The position numbers and the translations under genes are program-made. DNA of 63,453 nucleotides, filler included, from Octopus bimaculoides (lineage: Eukaryota): NCBI RefSeq assembly GCF_001194135.2. It is 6 parts of 5 records of this genome, joined end to end, with 100 filler letters (N's around TTAATTAATTAA, not from the genome) between each part and the next. Parts side by side here need not be neighbours in the genome. Positions count along the whole stretch, not along the records: positions 1 to 26,076 come from NC_068999.1; 5 more parts are not named here. One strand, 5' to 3'. The notes beneath the pieces are model-generated. The model was not told where the DNA came from, did not search any database, and saw only the letters and a program-made list of their open reading frames with translations. Below, in pieces: positions 1 to 13,251 of the stretch (its first letter is position 1; each line of letters begins with the position of its first letter).

Positions 1-47
<47 letters not shown>

Positions 48-580
48 TACATAAACATACATTCATAGCTTTCCATCTGTAAAATGCAACAAAGTGCAGT
101 GTTGCTAAGAACCACACACACACATGCACACACACACACACACACATGCAAGAAACCATGAAGTGATACAAGAGAAACAAAGGAATTGTAGTCAATGACA
201 TAGCACTCACCACCAGGATTGTTGTCAGTGTCATAGTACTTATCACTAAGATTGTAATGAATGACATAGAGCTAACCACTAGAAAATTAGTGATGCAATT
301 AATTTATACTCAATTATTGATTCGTTGATCTCATTAAATATAACTGTCTCGACAATAATTAATGTTCATTTATTTAATCCAATTAAATCGGATGACTTCA
401 TTCTTTTCCTTTTCCTCCAAGACACTGTTATCGTTTTAGCCAAGTCCATAGAAATTGTTTTGTATTGGAACTGATGAGGCTCTGTTTTAAAATATCATAA
501 AACTAATCAGTTTGATAAACAACTTTTGCTTTTTAAAATATTTCTAATAACATTTTATTATTCATTATTCCAGAAACCCT

Positions 581-777
581 CTCTTTTACTTGTTTCAGTC
601 ATTTGACTGTGGCCATGCTGGAGCACCGCCTTTTAGTCGAGCAAATCGACCCCAGGACTTATTCTTTGTAAGCCTAGTACTTATTCTATCGGTCTCTTTT
701 GCCGAATCACTAAGTTACGGGGACATAAACACACCAGCATTGGTTGTCAAGCGATGTTGGGGGGACAAACACAGGCA

Positions 778-831
<54 letters not shown>

Positions 832-1011
832 CACATATACAATATATACGACAGGCTTCTTTCAGTTTCCGTCTACCAAATCCACTCACAAGGCTTTGGT
901 CGGCCCGAGGCTATAGTAGAAGACACTTGCCCAAGGTGCCACGCAGTGGGACTGAACCCGGAACCATGTGGTTGGTAAGCAAGCTACTTACCACACAGCC
1001 ACTCCTGCGCC
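581..1011 (-). mobile_element. Full-length tRNA-headed SINE, family A (head, CCTTGGGCAAGTG box, internal (TA)n/(TG)n, body, GCTCCAGCATGGCC...GACTGAAACAAGTAAAAGAG tail)
   Basis: On the minus strand it starts GGCGCAGGAGTGGCTGTGTGGTAAG (A-box-like) with GGTTCAGTCCC (B-box-like). Near-identical blocks recur at 31.2, 32.7, 38.6, 51.4 and 55.2 kb. Confidence 0.9.
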
Positions 1012-2166
1012 TCTGTTTATTTATTTATTTAATATCATTATTATCATCATTTTATTGTGGTTATAATTATCGTTATGATTGTTAATGTTATTTTATGTGG
1101 GTTTTTCTCTTTTTGGTAAATGAAATTTCAGAAAAATCTTCCTTTCAAATGTGGAGTTTTTTTTTTTTTTCCTTCAGTTACACTTTTCTCATTTAAAAAA
1201 AAAAATCTCTAAGTCTTTTATATTTTCTCTCCTCATTCTGTAATTAGTTGATGGGGTATTAATTAACCAAGTGTAGATGCAAATGTTGGAAAATAATATT
1301 GGAATATTACAATAATCGAAATTCAACTGAGGCTAAATTATAGCGTGGCTTCATCATCGCCATCATCACTACTGCCACCACCATTACCACCATCATCATC
1401 ACCATCACCATCATCATTACTATCATCATCATCATTACTATAATCATCATCATCATCATCATCATCATAATTTAATGTCTGCTTTCTATGCTGGCATGGG
1501 ATATGCAGTTTAACTGGAACTGCCTCGTCATCATCATCAATGTTATCATCCTCATCATCATCCTCTTCCTCCTCCTCGTCATCATAATCATCGTCGTCAT
1601 CATCACTAATTGTCCATGCTCCATGCTGCCATCTGATTGATGGCTTAACAGTATCTAACAGACCTAAGGTCTACATGAGCTCCACTGTCCACTTTAGCAT
1701 GGTTTCGATGGCCTGCTGCCCTTTTCAATGTCACCAGCTCTTGTGGGGCCACCATGCAACTTGCAAAACTACAAACCCCAAGAGAGGTAGCTTTATATCA
1801 AAAGATAAGGGGTTGAAGCATGAGAAAAGGGGCCAGGGCAGAACAGGTTGCTTGCTATAGAAGGGCCACATGACTACTCACATTTCATATGAGAGGGAAG
1901 TGGGGGGGGGTGTTTTGGGAGGAATGGCAAAGGAGAGATAAAAAGCATTGGTAATGAGATGTCTGTGTGAAACCTGAAGGTATGAGATGAGTAGAAATGA
2001 ATGAGGGTGGGGTGGGGTTGTGGAAGAACCAGGAGAGTGGGTGGGCAGAGGTTTCATGAATGTTAGAGGACAGAGTAAAAGATGGGGAAGAATAGGGGTC
2101 AGTTGGTGAATATGATGAATGAAAAGGACAAGTATTGAGAGGAGAATAGTAATTGTTCCAAATCAC

Positions 2167-2240
2167 CAGTTTCAACCATTTTGGCACCTTGAGCCAATAG
2201 GCCTCTTTTGTTGAAGCTATTTAAACTCGCAAATTCCATT
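2167..2240 (-). CDS. Isolated candidate exon (MEFASLNSFNKRGLLAQGAKMVET)
   Basis: Acceptor ttttttag, donor G|gtgatt, one frame open. No partner exon established. Confidence 0.2.
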
Positions 2241-2700
2241 CTAAAAAATTTCTTTCCAAAATGGTCAAGAGATGCTTCCTAATTCATTTTGAATTAAACA
2301 AAACAAGTCATTAAAACAAAATATCAACAAAAAAAAAAAAAGAAACAAAAGTGTATTAGATACTCTCTTTCTTTAATTAATGTATTTAAATGTTCTGATA
2401 AATTTAGGAGTTTATTCAAATCACTCAGAGAAACATGCATACTGATAATTTAAATTAATTTATCAAATTTCTTTCATAAATAGTTTCATAGCCACTTCCT
2501 CATATTTTCTTCATATTGTCATCTACACATTACTACATTAACCTAAATTGTTTGGAATTAGATTACAAAATGATGACATTTTCAAAATAAAACCAAAATG
2601 CATAAATCATATTTTGATGTGTGTGTGAGTGTGTCAGTATGCATGTGTGTGTTTATACGTGTATATCATTGTTTTAAAACAATTAAAAGATATATATATG

Positions 2701-2740
<40 letters not shown>

Positions 2741-3399
2741 GGAGCTATATGTCCAATGAATGGGAACGTGAAGCTCCAAGTAACATGATAAACATAAACC
2801 TAACTAATGAGATCAGAATATACTGAAGCATGCCTAGAGTTGTCCCCCATTGTTGCCCCCGCCAAAAAAAGAATGAAGGTAATATTCGTAGTCATTGATC
2901 AATATTGATTTCTTTAGGTAACTTCATAATTGTGTATCTTTTAAGTTTTAATGAATTGCATGTGCAGCAAACATGTTGAAACCTCATCAACTATTAGTTA
3001 AAAATCAGTCGACATCTAGATTAAATAATTTGATGGTGTTAATTTGAAAATTGGATTCTGTAATAGAAAGTAATCTAAACCAATTAACAGTGTATGTACA
3101 GCTACAAATTAACTCAATATAAACAGGTGTGTAGAGTGTGACATATATATTTCCAATAAACTACGATGTCTTTGCTAATCATTTAATTTCCAAATATCTC
3201 AAGATAAACGTAAATTTGTGATTACATATTTGTTCTATCATAATTTGATTGTTATGATTGATAAGGTCATCAATAGCTGACTGGACTAAGTCTTTCCCTC
3301 TTACTGCTCCTGTCATTTTAATACACTTAGTGCTCAATAGCCGAGTACACCTAGTCATAGTGAAGTACCACTTGCTGGTGCGAAGTGACTTATACTTCA

Positions 3400-3512
3400 C
3401 AATCTCATAGTTCTAGGTTCAGTCCCACTGCATGGAAACGTGGGCTAGTGTCTTCTACTGTAGCCCTAGGTTGACCAATGCTTTGTGAATGGATTTGGTA
3501 GACGGTGACTAT
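3400..3512 (+). mobile_element. SINE family A head fragment
   Basis: GGTTCAGTCCCACTGCATGG...GTGTCTTCTACTGTAGCC...GGATTTGGTAGACGG matches the head of the 581-1011 element. Confidence 0.8.
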
Positions 3513-4639
3513 GTATGTATTTATGTATGTATGTGTATATATATATATATATATNNNNNNNNNNNNNNNNNNNNNNNNNNNNNNNNNNNNNNNNNNNNNN
3601 NNNNNNNNNNNNNNNNNNNNNNNNNNNNNNNNNNNNNNNNNNNNNNNNNNNNNNNNNNNNNNNNNNNNNNNNNNNNNNNNNNNNNNNNNNNNNNNNNNNN
3701 NNNNNNNNNNNNNNNNNNNNNNNNNNNNNNNNNNNNNNNNNNNNNNNNNNNNNNNNNNNNNNNNNNNNNNNNNNNNNNNNNNNNNNNNNNNNNNNNNNNN
3801 NNNNNNNNNNNNNNNNNNNNNNNNNNNNNNNNNNNNNNNNNNNNNNNNNNNNNNNNNNNNNNNNNNNNNNNNNNNNNNNNNNNNNNNNNNNNNNNNNNNN
3901 NNNNNNNNNNNNNNNNNNNNNNNNNNNNNNNNNNNNNNNNNNNNNNNNNNNNNNNNNNNNNNNNNNNNNNNNNNNNNNNNNNNNNNNNNNNNNNNNNNNN
4001 NNNNNNNNNNNNNNNNNNNNNNNNNNNNNNNNNNNNNNNNNNNNNNNNNNNNNNNNNNNNNNNNNNNNNNNNNNNNNNNNNNNNNNNNNNNNNNNNNNNN
4101 NNNNNNNNNNNNNNNNNNNNNNNNNNNNNNNNNNNNNNNNNNNNNNNNNNNNNNNNNNNNNNNNNNNNNNNNNNNNNNNNNNNNNNNNNNNNNNNNNNNN
4201 NNNNNNNNNNNNNNNNNNNNNNNNNNNNNNNNNNNNNNNNNNNNNNNNNNNNNNNNNNNNNNNNNNNNNNNNNNNNNNNNNNNNNNNNNNNNNNNNNNNN
4301 NNNNNNNNNNNNNNNNNNNNNNNNNNNNNNNNNNNNNNNNNNNNNNNNNNNNNNTATATAACTATATATACGCCTTTTGCTTTCCCTCTCTTTTTTCTTT
4401 TATAATGTCTGTTTCCTGTGCTAGCATGGGTTGAATGGTTTGATAGGAAGTGAAAAGTCAGAAGACTACGTGCTTTGGCTTGGTTTCTATGGCTGGATGC
4501 CCTTCCTTATACAAACCACGTTACAGAGTGCAGACTGGGTGTCTTTTACATGGCTCCCAACAGCAATGAAGTCACCAAATAATTTTCAGGATCCATTAAA
4601 CTGAAGAAGGAGTAGCATTGAGGATTTGGCATCGTGGTT

Positions 4640-4790
4640 CTGTCAAGAAAAGGGTTTAGTCCTACAAGAACTTCCAGCTTTATCAACAGTACAAAAGTGG
4701 GCAGATGAATTGAGGAGGAAAAAGAAGAATCTTAATGATGACCCAACAGCTGGACGTCCAGCAACTTCCACCATCAAGGAAAACATGTTC
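4640..4790 (+). mobile_element. Mariner transposase N-terminal (HTH) remnant
   Basis: PALSTVQKWADELRRKKKNLNDDPTAGRPATSTIKENM resembles the mariner PS.STV.KW..EF.RG...L.DDPRSGRP.T motif. No catalytic domain follows. Confidence 0.7.
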
Positions 4791-6714
4791 ACCATGTACT
4801 TAGGGATGGCAGAACACATGATCAAGAGCATGCCAGGATGATATAAGACAGGGAAATTTGACATTGTTTGAGTTTGATCCAGCTGGATACATTTCATATA
4901 CACGTTCATACATCTTTCACTTTCTCCGCTCTTTCATTTTAAACAAAAGTAACAGGTGATTTTCAGGATAAAAATTGTTAAAAAAAAAAAGCTTTTACTC
5001 ATGTAAATTGATTACCATTGTTTGGATAGTTCCAATTAAATAAATCCAGAAATTAAATTAAATATATATACAAGCATAAGTACTGTGAATTCCCGTTTTA
5101 CAAACTGGCAAACAATTCTCTGAATACTTTACCAGGCAACGCTGGGTAGTAAGTCTAGTATCATATATCATTTATCTACCTATCTATGCATATATCATTT
5201 ATCTACCTATCNNNNNNNNNNNNNNNNNNNNNNNNNNNNNNNNNNNNNNNNNNNNNNNNNNNNNNNNNNNNNNNNNNNNNNNNNNNNNNNNNNNNNNNNN
5301 NNNNNNNNNNNATATATACAAACACACATACATATACATATATAATGATATATGTATAAATATTGTACGATAAAAAAAATTCCATTACACAAAGCAATTT
5401 CATCTTAAAACAACTCTTATTTAAAGACTTGATTGATGGATTCTGCTTTGACATTGATATATTTTTGTTGGCTGGTGACGTCAAGATAAAAGTAGTAGTA
5501 GTAGCAGCAGCAGCAGCAGCAGCAGCAATAGTTCTGCTTCTTATTTTTGTGACCAATTTCTATTCAGTATGAAAAATTTGCGTTTGAAATTAAAGTTTCA
5601 CGTATCCTTTCCTTTCATTTTCGCTGTTTTTTTTTTATTTAGTTTCTTCTGGTTGGTGTTTGTTCCTTTCTCATTTCCTCCTGCCTCTGTTTTCTTTTTG
5701 CTAGCTTTATGATGATTGTTGTTGTTCTTCGTTAAAGTGTGATCACATTTAATTAGCTCCTTCTTTATATAAATAGAAAGGACAGCAACTACATTTTCAC
5801 AAATTCCTATTTTTTCACATGTACTTTGAATAAGAAGAAGATATACATAATATATACAAGGAAGGGAAGACTTTCCTTTTTTTTTAGTTTTGTTTGGAGC
5901 TTGCGTACATGATTAAACCCCCTTCCAAAACTAACCATTCTCTGACATTTTCAAGGAGGTCATTCAATCAACTAATTCATAACAGAATTGATTTTGTTTC
6001 TTACAGTTGTTACATCTTGTGCACCTAACTAAAGTAGCATATATTTACCAGTTCCATCCAAATTTACTTTTAGAAATATTTACCTTTAATGTTGTTTATA
6101 TCCCACAGGCAGCCTTTAGCATTTGTTCCATCCAAGAGGACTTTTTAACCCAATATTCTATATGCTGTTAATTATAACTTCATATCTTCCAAGTTCCACT
6201 GCTAAAAATTACTTATTTTTTAATATCCATTTTCTTTTTTCTTTTCTTGTTTCCATCTGTAACCAGTTTGAACAGATATGAAATCAAAGACATTCAATAT
6301 ATTAGCATCTTGTCATTTTGATCAATAAATATTTGTTTCAGACTGTAAGAGCCGATGTAACCTTCACTTTCATGCAAAATTTGGCTGATATTTTTAGCAG
6401 GTCATATGACTGCATTGCTCTTTCTTTGTCTAGTGCACCATTAAATCTATCAAGCAATATTTTATCCTCTTAAGGCAGTGAGCTGACAGAAACATTAGCA
6501 TCTCATATGCCACATACCAACTTCCACTCCAATCAGTATCAAAAAGATACTGCTTTAAATCAGTCAAACATTTACCCGGGGAGCCTTATTTCTAATGGCA
6601 AAACCTGTTAAAAAGACAACCACACATTGCCAAAGTCAGTACTTCTTTCGGATGTTTGCAGATGGTAAAAGAGTGTGCTAACCACCAGGATCAAAGTTTA
6701 AAGGCCAGTTGTCA

Positions 6715-7175
6715 TCAGTACTCTCTTTTGCTGGAGAGGAAGTAGGTGAAGTTGCTGGAATGCCTCCAGCAAAGATGTTTTCACTACATCATGGGCATCG
6801 CATGGAAGGAAGCTATCACTAACAACTAAGTCTTCCAACAGGTCAACCTTCCAAGTACTGAAATCCTGCTGCTGCTGCTCACACAGCTCAGGTGAGCAGG
6901 TCATGTCTCACAGATGGACAAATCCAGAATGCTGAAGGCTGTATTGAACAACAAGCTGGTCCAGATCAAGAGACAGAGGTATTATCTCAGAAGTATTTAA
7001 AAGAGGTCTGAAACACCAACCCATCCAGGCAGGGTTAGGACTCCACAGGGGGAGAAGGAGTTGTATGATGGAAGGAGGTGGGGGTGAGACTGCATCCAGA
7101 TTGCTGCAACCAGTTTGTGAAGATCAGAAAAACTGCTGCAAACAAGAATCACCGAAGAAGAAACAAGTCATTATC
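6715..7175 (+). mobile_element. Degenerate RTE-clade LINE, 3' part of ORF
   Basis: Broken frames read LLECLQQRCFHYIMGIAWKEAITNN*VFQQVNLPSTEILL...TQLR*AGHVSQMDKSRMLKAVL. This is the RTE C-terminal QRCLR.I..I.W...ITN.EV / QLRW.GHV.RM...R.PK signature. Confidence 0.8.
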
Positions 7176-7317
7176 ACAATCCCCATCTGACCAAAGCCTA
7201 TATATTTGGCACAAGTGAGGAGCCAAACCATGTCACTATAGGATTAGTTTACACATGGGTTTCCACTATTCATCATGATCTTTGGATATGAAGAACTGCC
7301 ACTATATATATATATAT

Positions 7318-7395
7318 ATATACAGGGATTAGCATTGAGTTGCTTCTCCAACATACTGAAAATTTAGAAGCAACTCAATGCTAATCCCTGTATAT
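7318..7395. mobile_element. 78-bp perfect foldback, minimal TA-flanked MITE with CAGGG ends
   Basis: Arms 7318-7347 and 7366-7395 are exact reverse complements (30 bp) around an 18-nt loop. Termini are TA-CAGGG...CCCTG-TA. Confidence 0.65.
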
Positions 7396-7911
7396 TTATG
7401 ATGATAAATGGTTTTACCGATAAAGGTTTTTTCATACTGAACTACTTGGCAAAATTGTTAATTATTAATTCTATTATTAATTGATGATTCCCTGCTCTTA
7501 TNNNNNNNNNNTATATATATACATGTGTGTGTTTGTGCATATATATTAATATATAATAAATGCTTTGTTGAGTCTTGAAAATGTATGTTGAAACAGCATT
7601 TTTTTACATCAAGTGGGTCGTAATCAGTATTAATCACATTTGCTGGTTATATCTCAGTTAGTCAGCTAATTAACTAACCGTTTGTTTGATTAATCAATCA
7701 GTCACTCAATCAATCACTATCTCTCTTTCCCATAAGCATGAATATACAACCCATAAACTAGGAGACAGCAGAGCTGGAGTAGAGAGGGGATGTCATTGAT
7801 GAGGTTATGAATGGTGATGAAAAGACTCTGATGAGCCTAGGTGAATGATTGATTGATCGAACAATTAACAAATGATTTGTTAATTGGTTAAACAGTTAAC
7901 TAGTTGACTAA

Positions 7912-7913
7912 TG

Positions 7914-7958
<45 letters not shown>
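7912..7958. repeat. (AAT)n microsatellite; similar tracts at 13.2, 14.2, 14.5 and 17.4 kb
   Basis: Direct trinucleotide repeat. Confidence 0.95.
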
Positions 7959-7960
<2 letters not shown>

Positions 7961-8066
7961 GAAGTGAGACAGAAACAGTTCCTGTGTTTACGATTGATAT
8001 AATGACCCACCAAATATACAACAAAATATGTATATCCACATATAAATTTATAAATACACATGTGTG

Positions 8067-8104
<38 letters not shown>

Positions 8105-8253
8105 AGCGTATATAAGATAAACCTAACAGTTGATACTTGTAAACATAAGAACAAAAACTAAATTTTGTTATTCTTTCACACGAGATACAAGTGAACCTAT
8201 CACTCTTTCTTTCTGTCCTTCTGTATTTCTTTTTACTTTGTTTTTCTTTCGTT

Positions 8254-8289
<36 letters not shown>

Positions 8290-9431
8290 TCTTATCTAAG
8301 AACTGGAAAGAAAATATTTATTCTTTTAATTCCATTTTTGTGTATTTTCTTTCGGTATTAAGTTGTGTTACTAATAATCTCAAGTTGTTAAGATATCTTT
8401 TTACTCTCGCTTTTTTTTTTTTTAGATTTATATTTTCATCATTATATATATATATTTTTTTTTTTGTTTTCAATTGATGTAATTTATGATATTTTTCTTA
8501 ATAGAAATTAATCAAGTTTACGCTTGACTGGGAAATTCCATTATGATAATTGAATGTAAGTTTTGCTTCTAAAGGAAGATAATTATTTTCATCAACAACA
8601 AGACTTATAGATTGTACAGCTTATCAGAGTTTCATTCGTTCAGCTTAGATAAACAAAATATGTTAATTTTTCAAGTTATGTTATTTGTGAAAATTAATGC
8701 ATTACAGAACTGGTGTAATAACAACAACCACTATAATTATTAATATGATAATTAATATGATAATTATTAATATGATAATTTTAATATTGTATGTAACTAG
8801 ATTTTTTTTTGTCTTTCTTTTAAAATTAAAGGACAACATTTTAAATAACTTTAATTTAGCTTTTCCTTCTATCGATTTCTGATTCATTTCCATATTTCCA
8901 ATTTCATCTGCTAAAATCTCTGGAGACACTAAAAAGCCCAGACAAAAACTACACTAGTGTCCATATTTTCTGTAGTTTTAAGTATATCATAGCAGGTGGA
9001 AAGTGCTGGACCGGTGCCCAACTTTGTTCCTGTCAAAATTTAATTTACTTCTGGAAATATATGTCTACCTTCTTGTTCTACTTGCATTTTATTTTAACAC
9101 ATGTTATGGCTGTAGTATATCTATTGGAGAAAAAAATATTTTCTTCAAGTCACAAGCCTTTCTTACTTTTCTCAGCCAACGAAGTGGAGTACAACTATTT
9201 TTTAGTAAGAGCTGAATATTGGGCACTGTGGACAGAGGCTCAGTGTTTTAACACTTTCCTCTTTACAGTTTGTGGACCTCATTGTCATCTCTATATCTCT
9301 CAGTACACAAAGCTATAATTCTTACTGAATGAGAGAACCAAAACATAAACATTTACAACCATTTTGAATCAATAGCATCTAAATTACATATTTTCATGGT
9401 TAATATTTTCTTATTGATAAAAGCATCAAAT

Positions 9432-9637
9432 GCTGGCCAAATCATTAGCATGGTTGGCAAAATGCTCGGCAGCATTTCCTCCATCTTTATGTTCCGAGTT
9501 CAAATTCCACCAAGGTTGACTTTGTCTTTCATCCTTTCAGGGCCGATAAAATAAGTACCAGTTGAGTATTAGGGTTGATGTAATTGACTTAAGTCCTGCC
9601 CTGAAATTGCTGGCCTTGTGCCAACATTTGAGACCAT
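9432..9637 (+). mobile_element. tRNA-headed SINE, family B (GGTTGACTTTG(C/T)CTTTCATCCTTTC.GGG..GATAAAATAAGTACC central box, GCTGGCCTTGTGCCAA.ATTTGA tail)
   Basis: GAGTTCAAATTCC B-box followed by the conserved central box. The same module occurs at 14.0-14.7, 22.9, 40.9, 48.5 and 62.4 kb. Confidence 0.85.
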
Positions 9638-9640
9638 TAC

Positions 9641-9677
<37 letters not shown>

Positions 9678-10488
9678 TTCTTACTAGTTGCCAACGAAGT
9701 TTAATTGTATTCACCTCTTAAAACAGAAAAAAAAGTGAAACTAAGTTACTTATTATCCTTGTTTCTATTATCTTTGTTTCAAAGGGAGTAGCAAGAGGTG
9801 ACCGCTGGGTCAGCAATGTGAACAGAGGGTCAGTATTTTAACCATGCATCCATTCTTCCTTAGCTGTTGTGTGTTCCACTCACATCTATAAATCATTCAG
9901 TATTTAAGACGATAAGTCTTAGTGGATAAGAGAACCAGAATGCATAGAAGTTACAACCATTTCTAATGCAGCGACGTTCCAAGGGAAATGAAACTGCTAC
10001 TGTAAATCAAAATTATACTTTCCTACGCTTAATATTTTCTTATGAGTTGCTGAAGAAATTTAATTGTCTTTGCCCTTTAAAATAGAGAGAAGGGAGAGGA
10101 GAGAGAGGGGGGGATCATTGTCCTCCTTTCCATCATAAAGGCTTGAGGCAAACTCTTGAAAATGCCATGTCCACTGTAGGTAATAATGTTTTCTATACAT
10201 CAAACACGAGTTGAAATTTGTGAAAGTAGTTTGGCTCTAATTCACTCCGGCATATCGTTTAACTTTCTCACAGCACAATTATCCACTACAAGTGTAACAT
10301 GTACTTGCCATATTGCAGCCAATCTTTATTCCCATTTGAAAGACATGAAATTTCTAAATTATAGAACCTGTCCACAGTTGGTAACAACAATTGCTGGCTT
10401 ACATGTGTGTTAGATGCTTTCAATCCTTAATCAAAGTCCTATTCAAATTGTTAACATCAATTCTCAATGCAGCAGCACTTGGCATTCA

Positions 10489-10544
<56 letters not shown>

Positions 10545-12063
10545 GCTGGAGGGGCTGAGTTCTACTCATTGACATTTAGAAGTAGATTTAATTATTAAAA
10601 TAAAAGGGAATGACCAAAAGAAAGGTAGAAGCTACAGATCTAACTACTCAATGCTGCCCACAAAATCTGATACAACAAACAACTAAATTATTCTTCATGT
10701 TGATAACACACATCTTCACTTGTAAATAACTGACCAAAATTTATCTATGCAATAAAAATCAAATGTTTTTTGTCTACGACTACAGTTTGTTTGTTGGCAC
10801 TATACAACCAAATGGTTCTGAAGATAGTTTTGCAGTCATGAGTTCCCAATTTTGATTCCACGATATGGTATGATAGGAAAATGTTATTTTCTATGGCTTT
10901 GGGTCAACCTAATTACATTCAATGAAAGGAACATGTATTGAAACCTTCAGGTGGATTGCATTTGCAATTTCAATGGCACAGCCACGTGTCTCTTAGCCAC
11001 ATTGATTCTACCTGAGAATTACATTAAGGAAACATGTATCTGTAAAATACTGAGCTACTTAGATGCTAATTCAAAGATTCTGATTTGTTGATCAAACTAT
11101 TGAACATTCATAGTTGGAAATTCCAAATGTGATCCAATTATACTTATGTTTGATTGTCCTGGTTGGCCATCTTCTTCTTGTGCAGAGGGTACTACTACTA
11201 CTGCTACTGCTGCTGCCCTCACTGCCTCTACTACTGCTGCACCTTTGGTTATTAACCATGTTCTGGGTCTGATATAATCTGAGGCCATTATGATGCCAGG
11301 CAAAATACTTGGCAACATTTTGTCTGTCTGTGTGTTTTGAGTTTGAATTCTGCTAAGGTTGACTTTGCCTTTCATCCTTTTGGGGTCAATGAAATAACAG
11401 TGGCACACTAGAATTAATAAAACCGACTACAAAATTCCAGGCGTTGTGACAATTGTACTACTACTGCTGCTGCTGCTATTACTACTACTACTACAATTGG
11501 ATTTATTTCCCTTTTTCCTTTAATTTTGTTTGCATTTCTGGCCAAGTGTCTTCTCGACACCTAGGCTAAAGAACCCATATACATTGATAGGCTATTAAAA
11601 TAAACACACCAGATTGTTCATTAACAAAATCAACTAAAGTTAATTTTAAAAAATTCTTTACACACTAGGTTATCACCGTTCCAGCATCAATGCTTTTCTC
11701 AGTTCATCCTTTTGCGCTTCTAGCATGAAAGATAAACCAGGGATTATTCTCAAATAATTTTTAGCTCCTTCTTTGATCATTTCAGGTGTTCCTACAATCA
11801 CTGGTATTGTAAAAGCCTTCAGATAACACATTTTTTTAGATTTCAATAAACTAATCTTTATATTTTCTCAGCTTGACAAATTCTTTTGCTGAAATATTGG
11901 GATCACAAGAGATACTCATGTTGGGCAATAAACAAATTTTATTGTTTTGGCCTTTCACAACAATATCTGAAGAACATTGATACATTTATTTTCAACTACG
12001 TCGACAGGATATTACTATATTTAAATCTTACGATGAGAGATATTCAGCAACAGTACTTTGGTG

Positions 12064-12315
12064 TAAAGATTGTTTGCCAGCATAACATGGCAGTCCTGGT
12101 TTAGGACGAATGTTGCTGTAATTTAGCCCCAGGAGACATCGTCTCCAGCTGGCTATATGACATGATCTGTGTCCTTATATTTTCAAACAAGAGTGGGGGT
12201 GCTAGATTCTCTTGTTTGAAAGACACAGATCGTGTTGTATAGCCAGCTGGGGCTAAATTACAGCAACATTCGTCCTAAACCAGGACTGCCATGTTATTTT
12301 GGCAAACAATCTTTA
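12064..12315. mobile_element. About 250-bp foldback element (MITE-like, TA at both ends)
   Basis: Left arm TAAAGATTGTTTGCCA...CAAACAAGAG pairs with right arm CTCTTGTTTGAAA...GGCAAACAATCTTTA. There are two left-arm bulges and a 15-nt central loop. Confidence 0.75.
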
Positions 12316-12328
12316 TCTTGACAGGCTT

Positions 12329-12339
<11 letters not shown>

Positions 12340-12363
<24 letters not shown>

Positions 12364-12590
12364 TTAACGTCCGCTTTCCATGCTAGCATGGGTTGGACGA
12401 TTTGACTGAGGACTGGTGAAACCGGATGGCAACACCAGGCTCCAATCTGATTTGGCAGAGTTTCTACAGCTGGATGCCCTTCCTAACACCAACCACTCAG
12501 AGTTTAGTGGGTGCTTTTACGTGTCACCTGCACGAAGGCCAGTCAGGCGGTACTCACCAATTCTTCTCATGTGGGAGTCCACACTTAAGG
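12340..12590 (-). mobile_element. SINE family C (AGGAAGGGCATCCAGCTGTAG box, CCAACCCATGCTAGCATGGAAAGCGGACGTTAAATGATGATG tail)
   Basis: Ends in (ATG)n on the minus strand and is nearly identical to the copy at 17.9 kb. An (ATG)n tail is typical of RTE-mobilised elements. Confidence 0.85.
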
Positions 12591-13177
12591 CACATGATCC
12601 AGTGTAAATGCTGGCCAAGTCTACCATGACAATTGATATATTCGTTATTATTATTATATTATTATTATTTCGCTCGTGAAAATATGTAGATGAAAAGGAA
12701 CTGCATGTGTGTTCAAAATTCATACCATCACTAAAAAGGTTCGGTCATTTCTTTTTCTCTCTTTTTTTTTTTTTCTTCAGTTATTTATGTTTTATAAAGC
12801 AAAGCTACATCTGTGACCTTCTGAACAAGTTTAACCTGTTCTCTTGCAATACGAATCATTATCTGCTTCAAGTGAAGCAGAAAATTATACATGATTAAAG
12901 TTATTTAAAAATTGGTTTCCCAACATGATAATTATATTGGGAAAAAAAAAAAACAAAAAAAAAACGAAAAAGGAAAACCAAAAACTGGCAAATTTTTTTA
13001 TTATTATTTATACAATTACATTATACTTTATTTCTTATATTTACATTTTTAATTGAAAAAGAATTACAATTATTGCACCCAAAATTTATTGGAAGACAAA
13101 TAANNNNNNNNNNTATAAAACAAATCACTGAACTATAATTATTATTTTTTATCATTTCTATTACTGCATCATCATCA

Positions 13178-13251
<74 letters not shown>

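Noticed and set aside
590-1085. ORFs such as MFQSFDCGHAGAPP..., repeated at 32.5, 38.6 and 51.2 kb
   Set aside because: They are antisense translations of SINE family A.
3489-4434. Long ORFs of 290-309 aa; similar ones at 43.3, 49.6-50.3 and 5.2 kb
   Set aside because: They consist of X residues from N gaps.
5128-5160. Helitron-like terminus (TACTAG...ACCC(A/G)GCGTTGCC), with a similar start at 51545-51566
   Set aside because: Too short and adjacent to gaps; the other end cannot be verified.
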